A stretch of DNA of 45,161 nt, from the NCBI RefSeq assembly GCF_001194135.2, contig NC_068989.1:67471839-67516999 (forward strand), in the 5' to 3' direction. This document shows, in pieces, positions 1 through 12,680 of the stretch. The notes under the pieces are model-generated. The model was not told the DNA's origin. It was given only the letters and a program-made list of their open reading frames with translations, and ran no database searches. Every line of letters begins with the position of its first letter. Position 1 is the stretch's first letter. The stretch is from Octopus bimaculoides. Its lineage: Eukaryota. Made by a program: the position numbers and the translations under genes.

Positions 1-66
1 TTTGTGATTAAAATTAAATCACAGAATGTCTTTACTGCATGACACTGTAGCTAAATGCCACACCTG

Positions 67-107
<41 letters not shown>

Positions 108-2884
108 CTGTATGAAGTGATCAGAGCTCCACCACCAAAAATGCATTCCTCCAACTCTAATTGTTTACATAATTGGTAAGGATTTCCTATTTTGCATCTA
201 GCTGTATCTTGGATGTACTTGCCAATAAAACTGTTGTTGATTTGAATACAAACTATTACTGCTTACTGTTAGATCTACCTTATATAGAATTTACTACAAT
301 TCTATTGCTTCCTATTTCATTTTATTTTTCATATTTCATTTTAAAGCTTCTCTAAAGATTAATTTAATATTTATTTATTTCATTATTTATTTATTTTGTA
401 AATATGGGTATTTGGGTTTTATTCTTTTAGTTCTGCCACCTCTGCTATGTGCAAACCTAAATTACTTGTTGTTTCAGTTCATCTTGCTTCTGTTATTTAC
501 TTCTGCAGTACTTATTGTTATATTGCTTTTAAAAGTTTCCAATGCAATTGTGCAGGTACTAGGCTCTATTACTCTTCTACAGTATCTCGACTGTCAAGAA
601 TGAAAATAACAAAAGTCTCAACATTTTTCATTCTTGTAGGTGTTTTATTTATTGATGAGAGTTGGTAATTCATGATAACTTCCTTCAGAAATTTTGCTAT
701 GTTTCAGCTTTGTTAGACTATTTAGAATTCAGTGGACTTGATAAGTGTAGAGAATATCTACAGCGTTGCTGCCAATAATCATTGTGTTTTGTGAGATGAG
801 CTTCGCTTTTCTGAGTAGCTGGCTCAGAATTGGCAGAGCCTAATTAAATTGTATGGGGTTCTATTGTGTTAATAATTTAGCTAGTAGACAAGCTATTTTG
901 ATATTGTCATTGAAAAGAGATCTGACAATGAGATAGTTTATCAGGTATGATAAATGTCTGTTAGTACAGACTGTAGCTGTATGGTTATAAAGTTTGCTTC
1001 AAACGCCACATAATTTCAGGTTCAGTCCCACTGCATGGCACATCAAGCAAGTGTCTTCTACTCTAGCTCTAGGTCAACCAAAGCCTAGTGAGTGGCTTTG
1101 GTAGACAGATACTGAAAGAAGCCATTTCTGTGTGTGTGTGTGTTGGTGTGACTTCTTGCATTGTGATAATTGTAAATGAGTGTTGTTATACAGGTTGTGT
1201 CATTCATTAACAATCTTCCATGGAAACAAGTGAGGGTTGGCAACAGGAAAAAGTGTCTGACTAGAAAAAAACTAAATTTCATTCAACCCATACAAGCATG
1301 AGAATGAGGATGTTAAAGCGACACTTTAGTATAAAGTTTGTGTTTAAAAGTGTGTTAGGTGGAGTAGAAGACTGGCTCGGTATGAGTGGAGGGAGAAAGA
1401 TAAGGTATGAATGGAGGGAGATGTGGATGTTGAAGTTCTGAAGGGCTGAACATTAGAAAGAGAAATAAAAGTGATGGAGCCTGGTTCAAGATGAGAACAG
1501 CAAAGACACATTCAGTAGACCTATATATAATCAAAAACCTTCCAGCTATGACCATCCTGTCTTTTTGCAAGTATCTCAGACTACATTGATGTGTTTTTTC
1601 ATTTGAGATAGAAAGGTGTGATTTCAGGATTTTGAACTTCTATTCCTTATGATGATGATGATGATGATGATGTAGGCTGCTCAAACACTGAAATTTGTCT
1701 TTCAGAGAGGAAGGTAAGTGATGAGTGTTACTAAGAAAGTGGTAAGCTTTAGGTTGGGTTCCGAACCATAGTTGCTCACTTTGAAACAATAGAAGTGAAG
1801 AGGATAAGGAAAGGCAGAACAAATACCACCATGATCTCTGTGGAGTATGGCTTATTTCTGTCAACACTAATTTAAAAATATGAGAGCATTTCAAAATGAG
1901 GACTCAGTCACTCAGTTTATTCAGAAATGTGCAACCAGATGAATACCCACTGTCAGGCATCTACCATTTTCTGAATGTCTTGCTTCCCTGAGCATGGACA
2001 CAATAAAGCTACCTCTGACAACTGACTTGGTAGACACACACAAAATTATCCACCATCTTTCCCAACAACAACATCAGGCACCATTTTGAATTTCATAATT
2101 CTAACACTCATGGACATGCTCAGAAAATCAAAAAACAAAAATAGTACCCATGACTTTTGGAAACATTTTTTTTTCTTCACTCAGAATTACTGAAGTATAG
2201 AATAATCTACTTGCATCAGTTGTTAGCTGTTGGGATATTACATCCTTCAAAATTTCTCTGCTTCCTGAAATTTGCCAATAGTACACCTGGTGCCCTCCAT
2301 CCTTTTTTTTTAATGGCTTATTCACTGTTCACATCCTGTGCATATTCTATGTACTGCTCATGTAGTTTTGATTACTTTTTCTGATGAGTTGTGTGCCTTA
2401 GCACTGCATACAATAAGTTCATTAGGGCATCCATCCAAAACTGACAATTGAAGCCTGGACAGCTCCTGTCAGACCATCCAACCCATGCCAGCATAAAAAA
2501 CTGATGTTAAACAGTGATGATGGTAACATGTATACATATTGATGCAGGCATAGTTGTGTGGTTAAGAAGTTTGTCTCTCAACCACATGGTTTCAGGTTCA
2601 GTCTTCTATGGCATGGGAAAACAATGATTATGATTTCTCTTGATTTGTCATATGAAAGACGTCTTTCAGTTTCCATCTTTGAGATTCATTCACAAGGCTT
2701 CGGTTGACCCAGGGCTATTGTTGAAGGTATCCACGCAAGGTGGCACGCACTGTAACTGAACCCGTGTTGGGAAGCTAATTTCTTAACCACATGACCAAGC
2801 CTAGACAGACCAATGCTGTGTGTATATTTGGTATATGGAAACTAAAAGAAACCTCTGTGTGTGTATGTATATATATATATATAT

Positions 2885-3205
2885 CATCATCATCATCATC
2901 ATCGTTTAACGTCCGCTTTCCATGCTAGCATGGGTTGGACGATTTGACTGAGGACTGGTGAAACCGGATGGCAACACCAGGTTCCAATCTAATTTGGCAG
3001 AGTTTCTACAGCTGGATGCCCTTCCTAACGCCAACCACTCAGAGAGTGTAGTGGGTGCTTTTACGTGTCACCCGCACGAAAACGGCCACGCTTGAAATGG
3101 TGTCTTTTATGTGCCACCCGCACAAGAGCCAGTCCAGGGGCACTGGCAACGATCTCGCTCGAAAACCCTACAAAGGCCAGTCAGGCGGTACTGGCAACGG
3201 TTATG
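2885..3205 (-). mobile_element. RTE-tail retroposon with (GAT)n end
   Basis: (cat)n-cgtttaacgtccgctttccatgctagcatgggttggacg... is the reverse complement of the tail at 32018-32191. Confidence 0.85.
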
Positions 3206-3216
3206 CTCAGTTAAAG

Positions 3217-3612
3217 GAAATAGAGAAATACAATTGACATATAAATTTATTAACATCATAATATAGTTATACTATAAAAAGATATAACAAATAATTAAAA
3301 CAAATATATATCCTACAATTTGTTTCGATTCGTATCCACTAGTGAATTTATAAAAAATTTACATTTATGCATATGAATCTTCTCAGGGTAATATTTGTCT
3401 AAAAAAATAGACAAAAATTCCATGCAAGGACTTCTAAATCATAAATTTTTTCCTATTTTTTAGACAAGATTCATATGCATAAATGTGAATTTTTTATAAA
3501 TTCCCTAGTGGATACGAATCGAAACAAATTGTAGGATATATATTTGTTTTAATCATTTGTTATATTATTATGTTAATAAATTTGTAATATGTCAATTGTA
3601 TTTCTCTATTTC
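3217..3612. mobile_element. AT-rich fold-back with arms of about 150-165 bp, probably an inverted PLE terminal repeat
   Basis: 3217-3381 is the reverse complement of 3466-3612 apart from a short indel. The minus strand reads cCTGAGAA-gattc...gaatc-GAAAC-aaatt-GTA-gg. Confidence 0.7.
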
Positions 3613-4019
3613 TCTTAATGTTTATGTATTGAAATTATACCATTTTAAGTTCAAATTTTTTCTCTACTATATTGTGATATATAACTGAAGAACCAGTGAA
3701 AATTGGATGTTTTTCATCCCTTTGAAGGAAATTATTTTTTCTTTGGATTGAATAATAATAATATATATGTGTGTGTTTGTGTCTCCTTGTATTTATATCA
3801 AAATAGTTGTAGGCAAGTATCACCATCATACAATTAGTGTCCTTCATTTCCAATATTTTGTTTAAACTTGTCTAGCCATTGTTAAATATTATCTTGCTCA
3901 GAAGCAGGTAAGTGTTGGTGACAGAAAGGGCATCAGGCCATAGGAAATCTGCTTTGAATCCCATCTGGTCAGCGTGAACATGACGAAGTTGACATAAGAA
4001 TGGAGTTGGTGATGATGCG

Positions 4020-4405
4020 TGTGTGTATATATATGTACATACTCTTTTACTTGTTTCAGTCATTTGACTGTGGCCATGCTGGAGCACCGCCTTTAGTCTA
4101 GCAAATCGACCACAGGACTTATTTTTTGTAAGCCTAGTGCTTATTCTATCGGTCTCTTTTGCCAAACCACTAACTTACGGGGACGTAAACACACCAGCAT
4201 CGGTTGTCAAGTGATGTTGGGGGGACAGATACAAATACACAAACATATATACATACATACGATGGGCTTCTTTCAGTTTCCGTCTATCAAACCCACTCGC
4301 AAGGCTTTGGTCGGCCCGTGGTTATAGTAGAAGACACTTGCCCAAGGTGCCACGCAGTTGGACTGAACCTGGAACCATGTGGTTGGTAAACAAGCTACTT
4401 AGCAC
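4020..4405 (-). mobile_element. Third SINE family (ggttaagaagcttgcttcccaaccacatgg head, microsatellite middle)
   Basis: Homologous copies at about 985-1145, 2552-2800, 7290-7420, 19150-19490 and 26372-26725. Confidence 0.75.
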
Positions 4406-5136
4406 GAATATTAAACTAATAGTTTTAAAGTTTTTGTATATATCAATTTATTGATACAAATTTGAGAATTAGGGGGAAGGAAGATGTTATGAATTTAGAT
4501 TGGTCTTGCATTACTTTGATACTTTTTTTTCTTTTTACTATTGAAGTGCCAAAGAATGGTAAGCCCCATAATGTTATTTTATACATATTATATGTACCAT
4601 GTCTTCTTTCTATGTAGTAATTATACTATGTGTGAGCTGATAATGTGCATAAGTATGAGTTATTTCCCTTTAATTTTCAAGTTCTACTGTTTCTAACAAT
4701 CATAGGTTATCTGTATATATATATATAAAAGGCAGGATGTGTGTGTGTACGTGAATGTAATTTATGCACGTCCACAAATTAACATGCATGTCGCTCCCAT
4801 TTTAGGAGGATATTCGTCATGATCCTATCTGCATTTTCGTCAACTTATTTTTCCCAGAGGCACCAGCGAATAGCAGTAAAAATAAATTTTCAACCAAAAC
4901 TTTTAACAATTTACAAGTCGGAGAAATCCCCACCAATGTTTACAACAGGAATTAAGTCCCCTTCTAGCGACGAGCAAGTTTTTAAGACTTTTATTTTATT
5001 TTTAAAAATTTTTTTCCATCGAAAATAGTGTTTTGTGGATATATGGGCAACACACATGCACACATACGAACATGTATGGGTACAAAAAAATATGTATGCA
5101 ATTGGTGTACGTGCATGTGTATGTGTTGCCTATATA

Positions 5137-5690
5137 TCATCATCATCATCCGCTTTCCATGCTAGCATGGGTTCGACGATTTGACTGAAGACTGGTGAAC
5201 CAGATGGCTACACCAGGCTCCAATCTGATATCGCAGAGTTTCTACAGCTGGATGCCCTTCTTAACGCCAACCACTCAGAGAGTGCAGTGGGTGCTTTTAT
5301 GTGCCACCAGCATGAAGGCCAGTCAGGCGGTACTGGCAATGGCCACGCTCAAAAAGTGTATTTTACGTGCCACCTGCACGGGAGCCAGTCCAGCGGCACT
5401 GACAACGATCTTGCTCAAATGACTTTTCACGTGCCACCGGCACAAGTGTCAGGAACGTGAAGTTGTGGCACAAGTGCCAGGAAGGTGACGCTGGTAACGA
5501 TCACACTTAAATGGTGGTGCCATCATGATTTCGCTTTCGCATGCCCCAACAGGTCTTCGCAAGCAGAGTTTAGTGTCCAATGGAGGAGACGTTGGCATGG
5601 GGGCCAGTCGTCGAATTGAGTTCGATTTCGATTTCACTTGCCTCAACAGGTCTTCGCAAACGGAGTTTAGTGTCCAATGGAGGAAAGGTA
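5137..5690 (-). mobile_element. RTE-tail retroposon
   Basis: Same family; internal cacgtgcca/ggca subrepeats and a duplicated aacaggtcttcgca block. Confidence 0.85.
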
Positions 5691-6499
5691 TGCATAAGTG
5701 GGCTGGCTACATCCCTGGCAGAGGCCTTGGATTTTGGTCTCATTTGGCTTGCCGGGTCTTCTCACGCACAGCATATTTCCAAAGGTCTCGGTCAGATATA
5801 TATATATANNNNNNNNNNNNNNNNNNNNNNNNNNNNNNNNNNNNNNNNNNNNNNNNNNNNNNNNNNNNNNNNNNNNNNNNNNNNNNNNNNNNNNNNNNNN
5901 NNNNNNNNNNNNNNNNNNNNNNNNNNNNNNNNNNNNNNNNNNNNNNNNNNNNNNNNNNNNNNNNNNNNNNNNNNNNNNNNNNNNNNNNNNNNNNNNNNNN
6001 NACTCCCAACCCATGCGCTCCCATCGCGACACTGATTCTGCCCAAATTTGACGTTGATGTTACTTAGTTTGGTTTGAAATAAAGAACTTGATTAGCTTAA
6101 TAATCCTAACTTAATCCCAGGCTATACTACTAGTGGAATCTATTTCAGAGGGCAGCAAGTTACAACTTAGTAATACTGAAATACTGATCATTCTTATCAA
6201 AAGCTGCTGTTATTTTATACATATGTATATATACACACACAGGCACACCCTGTGGTGTTGAGCAGGCAGAATTTGTTAGCTAGCCAAACAAAATGCTCAG
6301 CAGCAATTTTTTCTGGCTTCATGTTCTGAGTTCTCATTCCACTGAGGTCAATTTTGTTTTTCATCCTTTTTGGGGTCAATGTAATCGATTGGATCCCTCT
6401 CCACAAATTTCAGGCCTTATTACCATAATAGAATTATATATTCCCTCCTGTTCAAACATTTTGATCACTGTCATTCCAGTTGACACCATTTTTTGAACT

Positions 6500-6781
6500 C
6501 TTCTGAAATAGTATATCTAAGATGACATTATCTGATGATGGTGTTATTTCTACCTGCTCAAAGTGTTCTTCATTAGCTCACATACCAAAGGTTTGTGTAT
6601 TTGATGTTTATCAATATGCATTAAAATCTAACTGCATTTTTCAAAACTTTCACTAAGAATAAATACAAAGTAAAATTACTACCTGCTTTTATAACAAGTT
6701 GATGCAGGTAGTTTATCCCATCTCACTCCAACTTTTAGTTCATGCAATTGAAAAAACCGCATTTATGGGATGACCCAATAT
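6500..6781 (-). mobile_element. Mariner-like 5' remnant
   Basis: Minus strand begins tattgggtcatcccataaatgcggtttttt, similar to mariner TIRs; no second TIR found. Confidence 0.45.
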
Positions 6782-8363
6782 TTACAAGATGTTGGAAATG
6801 AATGACATTGCTTCTATGCTAACAATACAACTATCATGCAATGTCAAGACAAGAAAACAGACGCACACATTATATATATATACTGGTATTAGGTAGGGTG
6901 TCCAGCTGTAGAAACCAAGTCAAACCAGACTGGAACCTAATTCAGCTTTCGATCTTGCCGGCTCTGGTCAAACCATCCAGCCCTTACCAGCATGTGGAGG
7001 CATGTGGCTTAATGGTTAGGGTGTTGGACTCTTGATCATAAGATTGTGGTTTCAATTCCTGGACCAGGCAGTGTATTATGTTCTCAAGTAAAACACTTTA
7101 TTTCACGTTGCTCCAGTCCACACATCTGGTAAAAATGAGAAATCCTGCAATGGACTGGCACCTTGTCCAGGTGGGGAATTTATACGCCATGGAAACTGGG
7201 AAATTGGCCCTTATGGATCGTCATGACTTGAGAAGGTTTTTTAATGCCAGCATAGAAAACAGACATTAAATGATGATGATAATATATACACATGATAGGC
7301 TTCTTTTATTTTCCATTGACCAAATCTAATCACAATACTTTGACTGGCCCAGGGCTATAGTAGAAGTTCCACACAGTGGTATTGAACCTAAAAGTACATG
7401 GTCAAGACGCAAACTTTTCAACCTCAGCAAAAGACTCTTTTTAAATAACTAAAACTCTGAAGACTTCTCTTACCTGCTATTCCTCAACTTCAAGATAGCT
7501 TCGTAAGTAACATTCTCATGCAGATATGTGCTGCATCACTTTTACCTTATTCAATTCCCAAACATCCAACAAAATGTACCCNNNNNNNNNNNNNNNNNNN
7601 NNNNNNNNNNNNNNNNNNNNNNNNNNNNNNNNNNNNNNNNNNNNNNNNNNNNNNNNNNNNNNNNNNNNNNNNNNNNNNNNNNNNNNNNNNNNNNNNNNNN
7701 NNNNNNNNNNNNNNNNNNNNNNNNNNNNNNNNNNNNNNNNNNNNNNNNNNNNNNNNNNNNNNNNNNNNNNNNNNNNNNNNNNNNNNNNNNNNNNNNNNNN
7801 NNNNNNNNNNNNNNNNNNNNNNNNNNNNNNNNNNNNNNNNNNNNNNNNNNNNNNNNNNNNNNNNNNNNNNNNNNNNNNNNNNNNNNNNNNNNNNNNNNNN
7901 NNNNNNNNNNNNNNNNNNNNNNNNNNNNNNNNNNNNNNNNNNNNNNNNNNNNNNNNNNNNNNNNNNNNNNNNNNNNNNNNNNNNNNNNNNNNNNNNNNNN
8001 NNNNNNNNNNNNNNNNNNNNNNNNNNNNNNNNNNNNNNNNNNNNNNNNNNNNNNNNNNNNNNNNNNNNNNNNNNNNNNNNNNNNNNNNNNNNNNNNNNNN
8101 NNNNNNNNNNNNNNNNNNNNNNNNNNNNNNNNNNNNNNNNNNNNNNNNNNNNNNNNNNNNNNNNNNNNNNNNNNNNNNNNNNNNNNNNNNNNNNNNNNNN
8201 NNNNNNNNNNNNNNNNNNNNNNNNNNNNNNNNNNNNNNNNNNNNNNNNNNNNNNNNNNNNNNNNNNNNNNNNNNNNNNNNNNNNNNNNNNNNNNNNNNNN
8301 NNNNNNNNNNNNNNNNNNNNNNNNNNNNNNNNNNNNNNNNNNNNNNNNNNNNNNNNNNNNNNN

Positions 8364-8690
8364 CATCATCATCATTGTTTAACGTCCGCTTTCCATGCTA
8401 GCATGGGTTGGACGATTTGACTGAGGACTGGTGAAACCAGATGGCTACACCAGGCTCCAATCTGATTTGGCAGAGTTTCTACAGCTGGATGCCCTTCCTC
8501 ACGCCAACCACTCAGAGAGTGTAGTGGGTGCTTTTACGTGCCACCGGCACGAAGGCCAGTCAGGCGGTACTGGCAACGGCCACGCTCAAAATGGTGTATT
8601 TTATGTGCCACCCGCAACGATCTCTCTCGAAAGTCCTTACACATGCCGCGGGCACAAGTGCCAGAAAGGCGACACAGGTGCCATCACGAA
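8364..8690 (-). mobile_element. RTE-tail retroposon
   Basis: Same family; abuts a gap. Confidence 0.85.
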
Positions 8691-9426
8691 GCACAAATAC
8701 TTTACAGCTTATATGCATAGTTACAGCCAGAATGATCAATGTGCATCATGCAAACAATGCATGCACATCCCACCTAATTTAGCTACACTGCACAATACAA
8801 CACTTAAGTACCTAAAAATACCCCTACCTTTATAAAACTAAAATCCTTTATACACAATAATCAGTTGTTGGGTAAAGGAGGGAATTACTCAACACAAAAC
8901 CTTTATAAAGCTGATGAGATCAAACCACAGTAGAAGCTGCACAACATATATAAAATTATGCATTCAGTAAATCGATGTTACAAATATCAATCATTAATAG
9001 GTTATGACAATACTGGAAATGCAATCATTCAAAATAAGAGCTATCAACATGAAACACATGAGCATAAACATATCGATGCCATGTCCAACTGCATTGATCA
9101 TCCCACGAATATAACTCAGCTTTAGAAGATTAATATCATTGGGAAAAAAATAATTTTAATCTATGCACACAACACAACCTGGTGCAAAAACCAATAGCAC
9201 TTAAACTCATAACTGTTTAATATCTTAGTAAACATTGTTGGGAAGTATATCAATGTACTTAAGCTGGTACAAAAAAAAAATACAGGTAACACCTGAAATG
9301 ATGTTACCTGATCAAACATCTGATCAAACTATTTTCGCATTACTTTTTTGCTGAAAACAATTTACTGCCTGAACCACATGGCAAACAGCTTCTTCCCTCT
9401 AGTTCTTCTTTGATCATTTACACTGT

Positions 9427-9710
9427 ATCATCATCGTCGTTTAATGTCCGCTTTCCATGCTAGCATGGACGATTTGACTGAGGACTGGTGAAACCAGATG
9501 GCTACACCAGGCTCCAATCTGATTTGGCAGAATTTCTACAGCTGGATGCCCTTCCTCACGCCAACCACTCAGAGAGTGTAGTGGGTGCTTTTACGTGCCA
9601 CCTGCACAGGAGCCAGTTCAGCGGCACTGGCAACGATCTCGCTTGAATGTCTTTACACATGCCATCCGGCACAAATGCCAGGAAGGCGATGTTGGGCACA
9701 GGTGCCATTG
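9427..9710 (-). mobile_element. RTE-tail retroposon
   Basis: Same family. Confidence 0.85.
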
Positions 9711-10021
9711 ACGGAAAAAAACAAACAAATAAGAATAACTTTTTCTAGAGTATTTTTGTAAGTAGATCATGAATGTAACATCTGTTTCTTTCTGTGATCC
9801 TTCAGTTTCTTGTAAATTACCATCTTACATTAAATACACTGGTGATTTCATAGGAATTTACTGCAAACAGGATTAGGCCGAAACTGACAACTCTAAAAGT
9901 TATGAATGGATTTTGATATAATTTTAATGGGATGTTCCTAAGGTATTTGTCAACCTAATCTATGAAAATTATAACAGTACACTCAATATGAGTCTAAATC
10001 CGTGGTAAATCTGACAAGAAA

Positions 10022-10625
10022 CCACACCTCATCACCCAACCTAAACTCAATGATCTAGTTTGTGATCAAACACTAAGCAACAGAGTGAAGTCCTGGTCTC
10101 ACATTTGCAACAATGGGACCTGTTCGATAAAGATGCTTGAATTACAGTATTTAGGAAGTGTTCTGCAGATCTACAGCAGTTCTTCACTTTGGAAAACAAC
10201 TTGACTTATTGTAATGATATCAGAGACCTATTCAATGCCCTTAAGCTGACCTATAAACCAAATGAGTGTAGGTTATTCATAGATGCATTCCTTTACAGCA
10301 TAAAAGTGGTTCTGTTGCACATTGGGAACATCATGTCTTCACTTCCAGTTGCTCACTGAGCCATTTTAAGAGAGACATATGAGAACCTTGCTTTTATTCT
10401 AGACCACATAAGTTATAAGGAGCATGAGTAGCTAATTTGTGCAGACTTGAAAGTAGTAGCCCTACTTAATGGGCTACAAAATGGATACACCAAGTTTATG
10501 TGCTTCCTTTGCAAGTGGGACCTTAGGGCCAAATCAGAGCATTATGTACACTCAGAATGACCACCTTTGGAAACTATGACACCAGGATGCCATAATGTAA
10601 ATCATGAACCATTAGTTAAGGTGTT
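10022..10625 (+). pseudogene. DNA-transposon transposase fossil, most like CMC/Chapaev-3
   Basis: PHLITQPKLNDLV (frameshift) ...RLFIDAFLYSIKVVLLHIGN...ETYENL...ICADLKVVALLNGLQNGYTKFMCFLCKWDLRA...PGCHNVNHEPLV, with four internal stops. The transposase call is firm; the superfamily is from memory. Confidence 0.7.
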
Positions 10626-10629
10626 GTAG

Positions 10630-11007
10630 AATTTTTAGAACCCTTGATATGATGTTTATCCACAGTAAATTGTGAAATATAATCAAAGATGTCTAATGTC
10701 ACTTGGGGAATATTCATCCGTTTTGGATGGTAACGCATAGGTTAATGGTTTACGATTCGTATAAATGAAGGTTCTTCCTTCTAAGAAATGGCAAAAATGC
10801 TTTACTGACAAATAAGCTGCCAACAACTCTCATTCGAAAGCATTATATCTTGTTTCGCTGAGGAAAGAAAAAGGAAAAAATGCCAGGAATTTTGGACAAA
10901 TTGTTGCTGCACTCTACTGATTACTAAGTGGGATGCATTCACCATTAGTGATAAGGGTGCATCCGGTATCGGATGGGCTAGGAAGGTAACGCTTATTAAT
11001 TTTTCTT
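10630..11007 (-). pseudogene. Ty3/Gypsy RNase H remnant of the same element
   Basis: LISVTFLAHPIPDAPLSLMVNAS...SETRYNAFE*ELLAAYLSVKHFCHFLEGRTF...NRKPLTYA...YSPSDIRHL. Confidence 0.88.
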
Positions 11008-11696
11008 GAAAAGACTTTTGCCCCTACCTCATTTTCTCCCAAATTTATTTATTTTTTGTAATTTTTTTGCCAAAAATCCCCGTTTTCGGATACGGAAGCT
11101 TTCCAGAAAATTGCCAAAAATCGGCATTATGAAATTCTCCCCCTTCCCCCCAACCTCTTCAGTTTTGATTTTTTCCCCCAACACTAATCCTAACCCTAAA
11201 ACCGTAACTGTAAGTACAGAAGTGTTTTGAAATTTTTGTCCGAATCATGATATCCGCATTTTTCCGCATATTTAAAAAAAAAAAAAATTCTTAAAAAAAA
11301 ACTTTACAAAGATTTTTAGAAATTTTTTTTCAGAATCATAATCTCCGTATTTTCCCGCATATTTTGAGAAAAAGAAAAAAAAATTCTGAAAAAAGTTAAA
11401 AATGAAGGAGGTGGGAGTGGGGTGGTAATTTAGAAATATCGATTTTTGCCAATTTTTTGCACAGATTCGTATTCCCCATAGCCGAAAGGTTTATGTCGGA
11501 AAAAAAAAGTTTTTAAAATGGGTGGTTGTTTTTTTTTTNNNNNNNNNNNNNNNNNNNNNNNNNNNNNNNNNNNNNNNNNNNNNNNNNNNNNNNNNNNNNN
11601 NNNNNNNNNNNNNNNNNNNNNNNNNNNNNNNNNNNNNNNNNNNNNNNNNNNNNNNNNNNNNNTTTGGGGGGGGGGGGAAGGGGCAGAAGTCTTGCC
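11008..11696. mobile_element. MITE with GGCAAGACTTC-type TIRs and 8-bp TSD, inserted in Gypsy pol; contains a gap
   Basis: TSD tttttctt at 11000-11007 and 11697-11704. The right TIR reads ggcaagacttctgcccc in reverse complement and the left copy is degenerate (gaaaagacttttgccc). Removing the element rejoins the pol frame LKEK-LISVTF. Confidence 0.7.
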
Positions 11697-12010
11697 TTTT
11701 TCTTTAAGGTTGTTAAAAGACTGTAATACTATTGGAGTTAACAAGATACGTTTTTTCCGTTTATAAATATATGAAGTAATTCCGTTAGCGGATATATGGT
11801 CTTCGTGTAATACGGAATAAATTGTCTATAGAAGTTAAGGGCGAGGAACGAGGAACTCTCGTAATTTATCTAATAATGTAGGAACAGTAATATTTATAAT
11901 CGCATCTACTTTTTCCTTCAATAGCCAGATAACCTCTTTATCAATGATATATCCCAAGAACGTGATAGAAGAAATGGTAAATTTTCAGAATAACACCCGC
12001 ACGATTTTCA
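11697..12010 (-). pseudogene. Ty3/Gypsy reverse transcriptase C-terminal remnant
   Basis: ITFLGYIIDKEVIWLLKEKVDAIINITVPTLLDKLREFL / LNFYRQFIPYYTKTIYPLTELL / LQSFNNLKEK, with frameshifts including a 7-bp ttcctcg duplication. Confidence 0.85.
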
Positions 12011-12189
12011 CTAAGAAAAAAAGAACAAAACAAAAAAACTCGGATTTTTTTTGCGTGGAATCAAGTACCCTGACCTAATATGCTGCAGTGAAATCACTTC
12101 CCTTTGACCATACTGATGCTCGTCATCTCTGCTGTTCCAAAGCACAAAAAGCACTGGTGCTTTGTATACTCCATTTACCCTGACAAGTC

Positions 12190-12572
12190 AGTCTTCGAGT
12201 GAATAAGTCTGTTGTTTTCCAAGTTAACAAGAAGACCATAGTGATGTAGAAAATCAGCACCTATGATGGAATAATGAAAATCTGCTATCAGAAAAATCCA
12301 CTTGAATTTCCTTCGCAAATTAAAATCTAAGATCAAGGATTTTTCACCATACGTGGGGTATCGGTGAGTAATTACCTGCTTTGTAATTTACATAAAAATT
12401 TGACAGGCCATAAACTACATGCTGCTCCAGTACCTATCAGAAAGCAATATTTGGAATAAGTACCGAAAACATAAAAGACGCGACTTACTGAAGGCACTCC
12501 AAAAGATGTATTGGCGCTTAATCTCCAGGGTTGCCGTTTTCCCGCTGTTTGTAGGCAGTTTTGAAAGAACAT
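12190..12572 (-). pseudogene. Ty3/Gypsy gag end and aspartyl protease remnant
   Basis: Translates as IQPCSF...SRVFYV...FLIGTGAACS (DTGA site mutated), then after a frameshift TYGEKSLILDFNLRRKFKWIFLIADFHYSIIGADFLHHYGLLVNLENNRL. Confidence 0.85.
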
Positions 12573-12680
12573 GGCTGAATATATCTGTCTGCTTGGATGT
12601 ATTTAATTTGACGTACAGATTTTTTAATTAACTTTTTTTAACTAAACACTTTGAAACTTCGGATACTGGTAGAATGTGTT

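Noticed and set aside
1900-2460. Possible copia-type integrase remnant (W.GP..VVGKDG-like text on the minus strand)
   Set aside because: Only a few residues match and frameshifts are needed; not supportable without a search.
4720-5030. Non-autonomous Helitron starting atctgtatatatatataaaagg
   Set aside because: The 5' pattern is suggestive, but I found no 3' hairpin-CTRR end.
10942-10966. GGATGCA...TGCATCC hairpin (about 10931-10965) as an IRE or SECIS
   Set aside because: It lacks the diagnostic motifs and lies within the Gypsy RNase H coding remnant on the other strand.
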